Shown one piece after another: positions 21,235 through 29,996 of a stretch of DNA of 47,665 nt. Every line of letters begins with the position of its first letter. Position 1 is the first letter of the stretch. The stretch lies in the sequence record SRR20825006_1019; one strand, given 5' to 3'. The notes under the pieces are model-generated. The model had not been told where the DNA came from and made no database searches. It was given only the letters and a program-made list of their open reading frames with translations. The position numbers and the translations under genes were made by a program.

Positions 21235-21317
21235 CGGAGGACACGGGACTCGAACCCGCAGCCCCTTGCGGGGTACCTCAGTTCCAGTGAGGCCGCTCAC
21301 CAATTCGCTTATCCTCC
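21235..21317 (-). tRNA. tRNA-Ser(GGA), atypical D-arm, CCA not encoded
   Basis: Reverse complement GGAGGATAAGCGAATTGGTGAGCGGCCTCACTGGAACTGAGGTACCCCGCAAGGGGCTGCGGGTTCGAGTCCCGTGTCCTCCG. Acceptor GGAGGAT/GTCCTCC, anticodon stem CCTCA/TGAGG with loop CT-GGA-AC, long variable arm CCCC-GCAA-GGGG, T-loop TTCGAGT, discriminator G. Confidence 0.92.
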
Positions 21318-21369
21318 GTAGCGGATCAGCAGTTTCGTTGATCCGCTTGTTTTTGGCAACCATGCCTGA

Positions 21370-22704
21370 TCAGGCGAGTTTCGCGCCTGAGATCAGCTTC
21401 AGGAAGCCTTCATTATCCTCGAACCGACCAAGTTGCTTGGTCAATTGTTCCATCGCGTCGACAGGGTGCATCTCACTGAGAGTACGTCGCAGCATGGAGA
21501 CGGTTTCGTAGGTTTCTTCATCGAGCAACAGTTCTTCGCGGCGGGTGCCCGACTGCGAAATGTCGATCGCAGGATACACGCGCCGGTCGGCGAGGCGTCG
21601 ATCCAGGATGACTTCCATGTTGCCGGTGCCTTTGAACTCTTGGAAAATCGCATCGTCCATTCGCGAATTGGTGTCGACCAAGCAAGTGCCGACGATCGTG
21701 AGCGAGCCACCTTCTTGGAACGCACGTGCGGTTGCGAACAATTTCTTCGGAACATCCATGGCTCGAATGTCCAAACCGCCAGTTCCCGTCGCACCACCGC
21801 GGCCGGATTTGCCGACCCACTTGTTGAATGCACGGGCCAAACGGGTGATTGAGTCGAGCATCAAGAAAACGTCTTGACCCATTTCGGCCAATCGTTTGGC
21901 TCGATCAATGACCAGTTGGCTGAGTCGAACATGGCTTTCGATGTCCATGTCCAAGCTACTGGCGATCACTTCGCCACCCTTGATGCTACGTCGCATGTCG
22001 GTGACTTCTTCTGGTCGTTCATCGATCAGCAAAACCATCATCGTCAATTCGGGATGGTTCTGAGAGATGCCTTCAGCGATGTGCTGAAGCATGATCGTTT
22101 TCCCGCTGCGTGGCGGTGCGACGATCAGTGCACGTTGTCCTTTGCCAAGCGGTGCCAGCAAGTCGATGACTCGATTGGTCAGAGGCAGCTTGCCGTGTTC
22201 GAGCTTAAGAGGTTGCTCGGGGTTGATTGGTGTCAGTTCGTCGAAGCTGGCAACGTCGGCGTAAGACTCAGGCGACATGCCGTCGACATCGAGGATTTCT
22301 CGAACCCGAGGCCCTTGCTGTCGCTTAGCCTGCTGCACCATGGTTTTAAGAATCAGGCCCTGCCGGAGCCCGAATTTCTCGATCATCGTGCCCGGCACGA
22401 ATGGATCGGTGCGTTCGCGAGAGTAGTTGTTCTTTGGACTGCGAAGAAAGCCGTAGCCATTGGGGTGCAGTTCCAGGATGCCGTCCCACTCTTCGAGTGG
22501 TGCATCGCTTACGAAATCGGCTGGTTCGCCATTGTTGCCACCACCGCCTCCGCCTCCGCCACCGCCGCCACCGCGACGCCGACGTCGTGAACGTGATTTT
22601 CCACCACCGCCTTGGCCACCACCGCCACCTTGGCCTTGGCCCTGACCGCCATTTTGGGAACCAAAACCACCTCGACCACGCGGGGCACGTTTTTTCTTCG
22701 CCAT
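21370..22704 (-). CDS. rho: Transcription termination factor Rho
   Basis: GILELHPNGYGFLRS, PLGKGQRALIVAPPRSGKT, LLIDERPEEVTD, LDSITRLARA, EFKGTGNME and SGTRREELL. Confidence 0.97.
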   Translation of the reverse strand: MAKKKRAPRGRGGFGSQNGGQGQGQGGGGGQGGGGKSRSRRRRRGGGGGGGGGGGGNNGEPADFVSDAPLEEWDGILELHPNGYGFLRSPKNNYSRERTDPFVPGTMIEKFGLRQGLILKTMVQQAKRQQGPRVREILDVDGMSPESYADVASFDELTPINPEQPLKLEHGKLPLTNRVIDLLAPLGKGQRALIVAPPRSGKTIMLQHIAEGISQNHPELTMMVLLIDERPEEVTDMRRSIKGGEVIASSLDMDIESHVRLSQLVIDRAKRLAEMGQDVFLMLDSITRLARAFNKWVGKSGRGGATGTGGLDIRAMDVPKKLFATARAFQEGGSLTIVGTCLVDTNSRMDDAIFQEFKGTGNMEVILDRRLADRRVYPAIDISQSGTRREELLLDEETYETVSMLRRTLSEMHPVDAMEQLTKQLGRFEDNEGFLKLISGAKLA

Positions 22705-23501
22705 CTGTTATTCCTGTTGTCGTTCGCAAGAATCCCGAAAGGGATCAGCTTGGTTTGTCACGCTCGAACAGATCGAAAACGATCCGAACCATGTGGCAGA
22801 AGCCCATGGCGGTTTCCAAGCACCAACTCGCTTTGACAACCAATCAAGAGTAACCGCGTTTGAAATACGAGGTCTTGTGCGTCGAGGGTTGCGGTAACAC
22901 CAACAACGCGACCGTTGGACATTGCTTGTGAGTCAAACTGCGTCTGAGCCAAACTCATCGCGACAGGCAATTCCTTGCCGTGGGGAGATTCCCGTTGGAC
23001 GAATCCATGACTCGCCATGAAACATCACCGACTTGGGCGATATGAAACAAATTCAACCCAATGTCGAATTCACTTCTTGCCCGAATGCGGATGGCGACCC
23101 AATGGTCGTGATTCAGTTGCACGAGGGTTTACCTGAGTCACGGCAAAAATACCACAACGCGGGAGAAACCGGCCTCGCACCACATCGAATCATTGGGGGG
23201 CCTGAGGAAGGGGGAACGTTTGCGACATCAGCGTTTCGATGTCTGAACCACCCAACTTTCGACCGAACTATAGGCTGAATTGAGCTTGTGTCAAGTGAGT
23301 TTCACCCCGCTGCCTCGGTATGGCCCCGAAGAAGCCTCTATTTCGCACGAAATGGCTACAAATGGGCGGGGAAAGTGGCCTGGAGATCGAAACGTGGGGT
23401 CATTTTGATCGCTTTTGGGTTAGCGAGCGCCCTGCATGCTAGCTTTTGGCTGCCTGGGCCCTCTGCTTGGTCATTTGTTCATATCGTTTCAGGTTTTTCC
23501 C

Positions 23502-25166
23502 ATGGAATCCTCCTCGAATTCCAGCTCTCCACTGAATTCGCCCGCAATGCGTCGTCTGTTGCGACAGGGCTTGATCGGCACCGCCGGTCTTGGCTTGCTC
23601 GCCGCCGGATTGCTAGGCGTGATTTGGTTTTACATGTTCTGCCGCATCGAAGTGCCTAGTGGTCACATTGCAGTGTTGCTGAAGAAAACGGGCAGTGAAA
23701 TCGAGAACTCCACCGAAGTCGTCGCGGAAGCTGACTTTGGCAAGTTCAAAGGCTTGCAGGAAAAAGTGCTGACCGAAGGTCGGTATTTCTACAACCCATG
23801 GAATTGGGATTGGGACATCGTTCCCCAAGTCGAAATTCCCGAGAACCGTTTGGGTGTTCGCATTCGCTTGTACGGCGATGACTTGGGCTACGGCAACTTG
23901 ATTGCCTACGAGCCCAACCAGAAAGGAATTGCCGCGGAGGTGCTTCGTCCCGGTCGTCACCAATTGAACGCGGTTGTCTACGAGGCGGGGCAGGAGGTTC
24001 CTCGTTACCGAGACAATTTCATCGAGCTGGTGGAACTGCACGAACCGATTGTGATCCCCGCTGGGTTCAAAGGAGTCGTGACCTTGCTGTCAGCTCCACC
24101 CGCGGAAGATCCAAATCAACTTCTCGTTGAAGAGGGCAAACGTGGTGTTCAGGAGAAGACTTTGGATCCCGGCGTCTACTACATCAATCCCTATGTTCAG
24201 CGTGTGAACTTAGTGGATTGCCGCAGCCAACGATTCAATCTTTCCAATGGCGGCGAAATGGGGTTCCCCAGTCGTGATGGATTCTGGGTTCGATTGGACG
24301 GCCGAATCGAGTTTCGAGTGGATCCAGAACGAGCCGCAGAAGTCTTTGTGACTTACAACGATTCCGGCAACGATGATGGATACGATGCCCGGGTCGAAGA
24401 AGAGATCATCGAAAAAATCATCTTGCCCAATGCACGTTCGTTTTGTCGTCTTCGCGGAAGTGACAACTCCGGCCGCGATTTCATCTTGGGTGAAAAACGA
24501 TTGGCGTTTCAAAAAGACTTTCAGCAGACGCTGGGTGAAACCTGTCGCCAACAAGGCATCGAGATCATCCAAGCTTTGGTGACTCGCATCTCACCGCCAC
24601 AGCAAATCGCGTCGCCGGTTCGTGATCGTCAAATTGCGACACAGCAAGCTCAGCAATACGTCAAAGAGATCGAGCAGCAAACCAGTGAGCAGCAGCTCAA
24701 GATCGAACAAGAAATGGTCAAACGAAAGGAAGCGTTGGTCGAAGTTGACCGAGAGGTCATCAAGCTGACCACCGAAGCGATGCGGCAACAAGAAGTCGCG
24801 GTGATCGAAGCGGAACAAAGAAAGAAGGTCGCTGAGGTGGAGTTGGCGGCGGCGAAAGACCAGTCCGAAGCCATCTTGGCACAAGGCAAGGCAGAAGCCG
24901 AAGTCATCGGATTCGAAAACGAAGCGGAAGCCGCCGGGTGGGTGAAATCAGTCGAGGCCTACAACGGCGACGGTGATGAGTACGCCCGCTGGGTGATGCT
25001 TCGCAAACTAGCCCCGAGCTATCGCCAAATGATGGTCAACACGGCTGACAGTTCGCTGATGAACATCTTCAACGAATTCAACGAGGAGTCATCCAATGAC
25101 AAGGATCCGCCAACCGCTGAATTGAACAACCCATCGAATCAAGACCAATCAGGAGAATCAGAATGA
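23502..25166 (+). CDS. SPFH/band 7 domain membrane protein 1
   Basis: N-terminal TM, three PGxYxxNP segments, FPSRDGFWVRLDGRIEFRV core and a long coiled coil; start set at MESSSN. Confidence 0.85.
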   Translation: MESSSNSSSPLNSPAMRRLLRQGLIGTAGLGLLAAGLLGVIWFYMFCRIEVPSGHIAVLLKKTGSEIENSTEVVAEADFGKFKGLQEKVLTEGRYFYNPWNWDWDIVPQVEIPENRLGVRIRLYGDDLGYGNLIAYEPNQKGIAAEVLRPGRHQLNAVVYEAGQEVPRYRDNFIELVELHEPIVIPAGFKGVVTLLSAPPAEDPNQLLVEEGKRGVQEKTLDPGVYYINPYVQRVNLVDCRSQRFNLSNGGEMGFPSRDGFWVRLDGRIEFRVDPERAAEVFVTYNDSGNDDGYDARVEEEIIEKIILPNARSFCRLRGSDNSGRDFILGEKRLAFQKDFQQTLGETCRQQGIEIIQALVTRISPPQQIASPVRDRQIATQQAQQYVKEIEQQTSEQQLKIEQEMVKRKEALVEVDREVIKLTTEAMRQQEVAVIEAEQRKKVAEVELAAAKDQSEAILAQGKAEAEVIGFENEAEAAGWVKSVEAYNGDGDEYARWVMLRKLAPSYRQMMVNTADSSLMNIFNEFNEESSNDKDPPTAELNNPSNQDQSGESE

Positions 25167-26755
25167 GCCTTCGCCGTCATAAATCTTGGATTGGTTTAGC
25201 GTTCAGTGGTCTGTGGATCCTGGGCGGTTTGTATTTCGCGTTTTTGTGGTTCTTTTGCCGCGTCTATGTTCCCGAAGGACATAGTTTGCAGCTTCGATAC
25301 AAAGGGCCATTGGTGTTGACGGCTCCCGAAGCCGAGCCCAATCGATTAGCCGGCGACGGTGAGGTTGGCGTGCGCGCGAAAATGATGGGGCCGGGCCGAC
25401 ACTTTTACAATCCGATCTACTGGCAGCGAAATGTGGTGCCAGACACGGTGATTCTTCCCGGCGAAATCGGTGTGGTGACTTGCAAGGTTGGCGAGAGCTT
25501 GCCCAAGGGGGAATTTCTCGTCGATGGTGATTTGGACGGCGACAATCAAGCGACCCAGCGAGGCATCTTGCGAAAGGTCTTTGGTCCCGGCCGTTACCGT
25601 GCCAATCCATACGCGTACGAATTCAAAATTGTCAAACGCGAAGTGAAGCGATACGGCAACCAAGAGAAGAGCAGCGGTTGGGTTGAAATTCCAACGGGAT
25701 ACGTCGGCGTGGTCACATTGCAGACAAACAACGAACAAGCCGGTTTGCAAAAGGGTGTTCAGTCGAAGGTGTTGCAGCCGGGGTTGTATCCGGTCAATCC
25801 GAACGAGCAACAAATCGACATCATCAATGTTGGCTACAACGAGTCCAGCATTGAAGTTCAGAAGCAAGTCGATGCTCAAGGCAACCCGATGCATGACGAA
25901 CATGGTGAGCCACTGGCGACACAAGACACGGGAATCAATTTCCCCAGCAACGATGGTTTCGACATTCAATTGGACTTCTCAGCGATTTGGGGCGTGATGC
26001 CCGAAAACGCTGCCCAGATTGTTCGCGTCTTTGGCAACTTGGACGCAGTAGAACAGAAGGTCATTGAACCTCAGAGCGAAAGCATCTGTCGCAACAATGG
26101 ATCCAAGATGGGAGCGATTGAGTTGCTGATCGGTGAAACTCGTGAACAGTTCCAAACCGATGTCAGCGAAGATTTCCAAAGCGTGCTGTCGGAAAAAGAA
26201 ATCTCGATGCTCTATGGCTTGGTGCGACACATCTATATCCCCAAGAACGTTCGTGAACCGATCCAAAAGGGATACGTCAGCGACGAACTGAAGCTGACCC
26301 GCGATGAGGAAACCAAGACGGCTCGGATCGAGGCAAACTTGCGAGAAGCGGAACGCAAGGTTGATTTGGAAGCCGAGCGAGTTCAGGTGGACACCGAACG
26401 ATTGCGTGCCGGTGTTCTGGCCGAAGGCGAAAAGAAAGCCAAAGAGATTGCTGCCGAAACAGGGCGTCTGATCGCACAAATTGACCGTGAAACGGCTGAG
26501 TTGGACGCTCAGCGATCGGTGTTGCTGGGACGTGCGTCGGCGGAAGCGAAGCAAATGGCGGCTGAAGCCACGGCGGACAAATTTCGGTTGGCGGTGCAGG
26601 CGTTTGGATCGCCCAGTGCTTTCAATAAGTGGGAGTTTGCTGAGCAGTTGCCGACGTCGCTGGATTTGAAAATGTTCTACGCCGGCGAAGGCACCCTGTG
26701 GACCGACCTGGAAAGTGTCCAGCCGACGCTGCCTCTGAAGTCCGCTCCAAAGTAG
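25163..26755 (+). CDS. SPFH/band 7 domain membrane protein 2
   Basis: ATGA overlap with the upstream gene and AGGAG RBS; TM, three PGxYxxNP segments, FPSNDGFDIQLDF core and coiled coil. Confidence 0.85.
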   Translation: MSLRRHKSWIGLAFSGLWILGGLYFAFLWFFCRVYVPEGHSLQLRYKGPLVLTAPEAEPNRLAGDGEVGVRAKMMGPGRHFYNPIYWQRNVVPDTVILPGEIGVVTCKVGESLPKGEFLVDGDLDGDNQATQRGILRKVFGPGRYRANPYAYEFKIVKREVKRYGNQEKSSGWVEIPTGYVGVVTLQTNNEQAGLQKGVQSKVLQPGLYPVNPNEQQIDIINVGYNESSIEVQKQVDAQGNPMHDEHGEPLATQDTGINFPSNDGFDIQLDFSAIWGVMPENAAQIVRVFGNLDAVEQKVIEPQSESICRNNGSKMGAIELLIGETREQFQTDVSEDFQSVLSEKEISMLYGLVRHIYIPKNVREPIQKGYVSDELKLTRDEETKTARIEANLREAERKVDLEAERVQVDTERLRAGVLAEGEKKAKEIAAETGRLIAQIDRETAELDAQRSVLLGRASAEAKQMAAEATADKFRLAVQAFGSPSAFNKWEFAEQLPTSLDLKMFYAGEGTLWTDLESVQPTLPLKSAPK

Positions 26756-26791
26756 CGGCCCACGCCGGGACTCGCCCGGTTTGACTCATCT

Positions 26792-26820
26792 CGGTGGGGC
26801 TTCGGTTCCCACCGTTTTTT
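26792..26820 (+). terminator. Intrinsic terminator after the SPFH pair
   Basis: cggtggggc-ttcg-gttcccaccg hairpin (cUUCGg loop) followed by TTTTTT. Confidence 0.8.
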
Positions 26821-27030
26821 GGTTGCTGCGGGACACTTCGCGTCGCGTACTCTGCGGAAAGTTGGGGCTGAATCACCTCTCGCTTCCGACCGCACCAACC
26901 GCCACCTTGTCGCGTACTGCTGTGGACCGGCCCGGCGAGATGGGTATCTTCGTTTGGATCGGACGCCCGAGTTCGTTGCGAGACTTCGCCGGTCGGGCAC
27001 ATTTCACGTTGTCCTTCCAAGCAAGTTTCG

Positions 27031-28074
27031 ATGAACGAACTGAACGAACACGCTGAGTTTTTGTCAGACGCGGAGCTTTCCGAAGCTGCGAAGCAACAAC
27101 GGCACCTGACTGAACGCATCGCTCACGCCAGCAGTCCCTTTCGCGAAATCGTGACCCAGATCAATCACGTGCTGGTGGGGCAAAGTCATCTCGTCGACCG
27201 CATGCTGATCGGTTTGCTGACCGGTGGGCATCTTTTGATCGAAGGCGTGCCCGGATTGGCGAAAACGACAGCGGTGGCGAGTCTGGCTAAAGCGATCAAC
27301 ACCGGATTTCAACGCCTGCAGTTCACGCCAGACCTTCTGCCAGCGGACTTGATTGGAACTCAGGTCTATCGTCCGCAGGATCAAACGTTCGTTGTTCAGA
27401 AAGGACCGATCTTTTCGAACTTGGTGCTCGCAGACGAGATCAACCGCGCTCCAGCAAAGGTGCAGAGCGCTTTGTTGGAAGCGATGCAAGAACATCAAGT
27501 CACGATCGGTAGCGAGACCTTCCCACTGCCCGAGCCGTTCTTGGTGATGGCGACGCAGAATCCGGTCGAGCAAGAAGGCACCTACGCGTTGCCGGAGGCT
27601 CAAACAGACCGATTCATGCTGAAGGTCATCGTCGACTATCCCAACCGCGAAGAGGAGTTGCTGATTCTTCGTCGAATGGGAAAGACGGGTACAAAGTTGG
27701 AAGTCGACGCGGTTGCGTCGCCGGAAGATATCTTGGCCGCCCGAACGCTGCTCGACGAAATTCGCGTCGACGAGAAGGTGGAGGGTTACATCGTCGATCT
27801 GGTGATGGCGACCCGTCGTCCAAAGGCTTACGGGTTGGAATTGGATGGATTGATTCAGTTTGGTGGTTCGCCGCGAGCGACGATCAATCTGACGCTCGCA
27901 GCCAGGGCGGCCGCATTTTTAGCGGGACGAGCGTATGTGCTGCCGACCGACGTGCGTTCGATTGCGTTGGATGTATTGCGGCATCGTGTGATGATCACCT
28001 ACGAAGCCGAGGCGGAAGATCTGACTAGCGAATCCATCGTGCAGCAAATTCTTGATCACATTCCGGCACCGTAA
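27031..28074 (+). CDS. moxR: MoxR family AAA+ ATPase
   Basis: HLLIEGVPGLAKT, RLQFTPDLLPADLIG, LADEINRAPAKVQSALLEAMQE, ATQNPVEQEGTY and GGSPRA. Confidence 0.95.
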   Translation: MNELNEHAEFLSDAELSEAAKQQRHLTERIAHASSPFREIVTQINHVLVGQSHLVDRMLIGLLTGGHLLIEGVPGLAKTTAVASLAKAINTGFQRLQFTPDLLPADLIGTQVYRPQDQTFVVQKGPIFSNLVLADEINRAPAKVQSALLEAMQEHQVTIGSETFPLPEPFLVMATQNPVEQEGTYALPEAQTDRFMLKVIVDYPNREEELLILRRMGKTGTKLEVDAVASPEDILAARTLLDEIRVDEKVEGYIVDLVMATRRPKAYGLELDGLIQFGGSPRATINLTLAARAAAFLAGRAYVLPTDVRSIALDVLRHRVMITYEAEAEDLTSESIVQQILDHIPAP

Positions 28075-28077
28075 GCG

Positions 28078-28953
28078 ATGACTCCCAGCGAAATACTTCG
28101 CAAGATTCGTCGAATTCAAATTCGAACCAGCCACCGTGTCGACGAGATGTTGGCGGGGACATGGCATTCGGCATTCAAAGGTCGAGGTATCGAATTCGAA
28201 GAGGTTCGCCCTTACCAGGTCGGTGACGATGTTCGCACGATCGATTGGAATGTGACCGCTCGCCAGGACGCACCCTTCGTCAAGCTGTTTCGTGAGGAAC
28301 GCGAATTAGCGGTGATGTTGATGGTGGATTGTTCTGCTTCTCTGGACTTCGGGACGCAATCGCAAACCAAACGCGAATTGGTGACCGAACTGGGAGCGAC
28401 CCTGGCGATGTCGGCAATCAAAAACAATGATCGAGTTGGTTTGACTCTGTTTAGCGAAGACGTTGAAAAAAGTTTTCCCCCACGCCAAGGTTCACGTCAT
28501 GTGCTGCGATTGATTCGCGAAATGTTGACGCATCCATCCAGTGGATCCGGAACCGATGTTGGGGCTGCGCTTGAACATTTGCAGCGGACGGCGAAACGAA
28601 GGACCGTCGTTTTTTTAATCAGCGACTTCCAATCCAAGGACTACGAGAAATCGCTTCGCGTCGCTTCTCGAAAGCATGATCTGATTCCTGTCGTGGTCAC
28701 GGACATTCGAGAAATGGAGATGCCCGCGGTCGGTTTGGTTCCGCTTCGCGACAACGAAACTGGTGACATTCGGTGGATCGATACCTCCAGTCGCAAGCAT
28801 CGTGAACGGTATGCACAGATGGTTCAGCAACGAGAGGAGCAGCGTGACGCTTTGTTTCGACGTTATCGAATGGAGCCACTGCACTTGAGAACCGGAGAAG
28901 ACTTGGGTGAACCTTTGCGTCGCTACTTCCATCGACGGGAGAATCGACGATGA
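28078..28953 (+). CDS. DUF58 domain protein
   Basis: SAFKGRGIEFEEVRPYQVGDDVRTIDWNVTAR; VFLISDF; directly follows moxR. Confidence 0.93.
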   Translation: MTPSEILRKIRRIQIRTSHRVDEMLAGTWHSAFKGRGIEFEEVRPYQVGDDVRTIDWNVTARQDAPFVKLFREERELAVMLMVDCSASLDFGTQSQTKRELVTELGATLAMSAIKNNDRVGLTLFSEDVEKSFPPRQGSRHVLRLIREMLTHPSSGSGTDVGAALEHLQRTAKRRTVVFLISDFQSKDYEKSLRVASRKHDLIPVVVTDIREMEMPAVGLVPLRDNETGDIRWIDTSSRKHRERYAQMVQQREEQRDALFRRYRMEPLHLRTGEDLGEPLRRYFHRRENRR

Positions 28954-29996
28954 GGATAAAAAACGCTATGAGCCAAAGACGCAGCCCCCAAGTGATGTCG
29001 ACACGATGCAAATGGATTGCAGCCCTGCTGTGCGTGGCGACGACGACCGCTGCACGCACCGATGAGATTGTTCAGCGGCAAAGCGATGGTCCAATTGAAC
29101 TTGGACTTCGTGTGTCCGATTGCGAAACGCTGATCGCAGAACCCCTGCAATTGGAGTTGGAGGTCGTCGTTCCGAACGAGTTGCAAGTTGTCCTGCCTGC
29201 GCTGGACGAGTCTCTTGGCGATTGGGAAATCATCGAGAAAGAAGTCCGAGAAGACTTGCCTCACGTCGAAGCGGCAGGTCCCAATATGCGTCGATGGTGG
29301 ATGCGATTGACGCTTGAAAGTTTGAGAACGGGTGAGGTCATCATTCCGGGTGTTGATGTTCAAACGTTACCAAGGCAATCAGAGAGTCGGCGTGAGGATG
29401 ATGCCATCGATTGGGACAAAGCCGGATCTCTTGTGACTCAGCCAATATCCATCAATGTTGTCAGTGTTCTTACGGAAACTGCTGATCCAACAAAGCCAGA
29501 GCCGATTGTCGATGCAATCGCGCTACCGATGGAGCAAACACGTTCGAGGTCGTTGCTGCCCGGCGTCATTGTTGGTTTGATCGGAGTCTTGATTGCCGGA
29601 GCGGTTTTGATGCGCCGGATTCGATCTCGCGGTGAAGTGTCCAATGTGGATTGGGCGCGGCGTCAACTGACTGATTTGCGGTCCCAATGGCACAAACAGC
29701 GTCTCACGCCTGACGAATGCGCACTTCAGTTGTCACCGATCTACCGCAATTGGATTGGTTCGATGATGGGACGCGAATCGGCGGTCACATCGGACAAAGC
29801 TTCGGCTTGGCTGCGGGAGTCAGATCCGGCGGTCAATGGCGAACTACTGGCAATGCTGACTCGAGCGGACGAGGTTTCGTTCGCTGGGATTTCAGCGACT
29901 TCCACGGAAGTTGACTCCTGGCTCAGGCAATCTGACGACTGGTTGAAACAACTGGAGAGTTTACAAAATCGAATCACGCAAGAGGCAAATGCATGA
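28950..29996 (+). CDS. Bat-operon exported single-pass protein (Ig-like domain + TM)
   Basis: Signal peptide, beta-rich domain and TM LLPGVIVGLIGVLIAGAVLM; ATGA overlaps on both sides; occupies the usual slot between DUF58 and batA. Confidence 0.7.
   Translation: MRIKNAMSQRRSPQVMSTRCKWIAALLCVATTTAARTDEIVQRQSDGPIELGLRVSDCETLIAEPLQLELEVVVPNELQVVLPALDESLGDWEIIEKEVREDLPHVEAAGPNMRRWWMRLTLESLRTGEVIIPGVDVQTLPRQSESRREDDAIDWDKAGSLVTQPISINVVSVLTETADPTKPEPIVDAIALPMEQTRSRSLLPGVIVGLIGVLIAGAVLMRRIRSRGEVSNVDWARRQLTDLRSQWHKQRLTPDECALQLSPIYRNWIGSMMGRESAVTSDKASAWLRESDPAVNGELLAMLTRADEVSFAGISATSTEVDSWLRQSDDWLKQLESLQNRITQEANA

Noticed and set aside
21235..21317. Possible tRNA-Sec or integration site
   Set aside because: The anticodon is GGA, not UCA; I saw no integrase and no duplicated tRNA 3' end in the window.
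21118..21363. N-terminal extension of sdaA in the ORF track (559 aa)
   Set aside because: Runs through the tRNA gene and its terminator; SdaA homology begins near VFDLFKIG.
22520..22650. ccaccgcc/ccgcct short tandem repeats
   Set aside because: Explained by poly-Gly codons of Rho; not a separate repeat array.
22725..22790. GAAA-tetraloop hairpin as a c-di-GMP-I riboswitch
   Set aside because: Lacks the GGCAAA/GACGCAAAG context and is on the wrong strand for rho.
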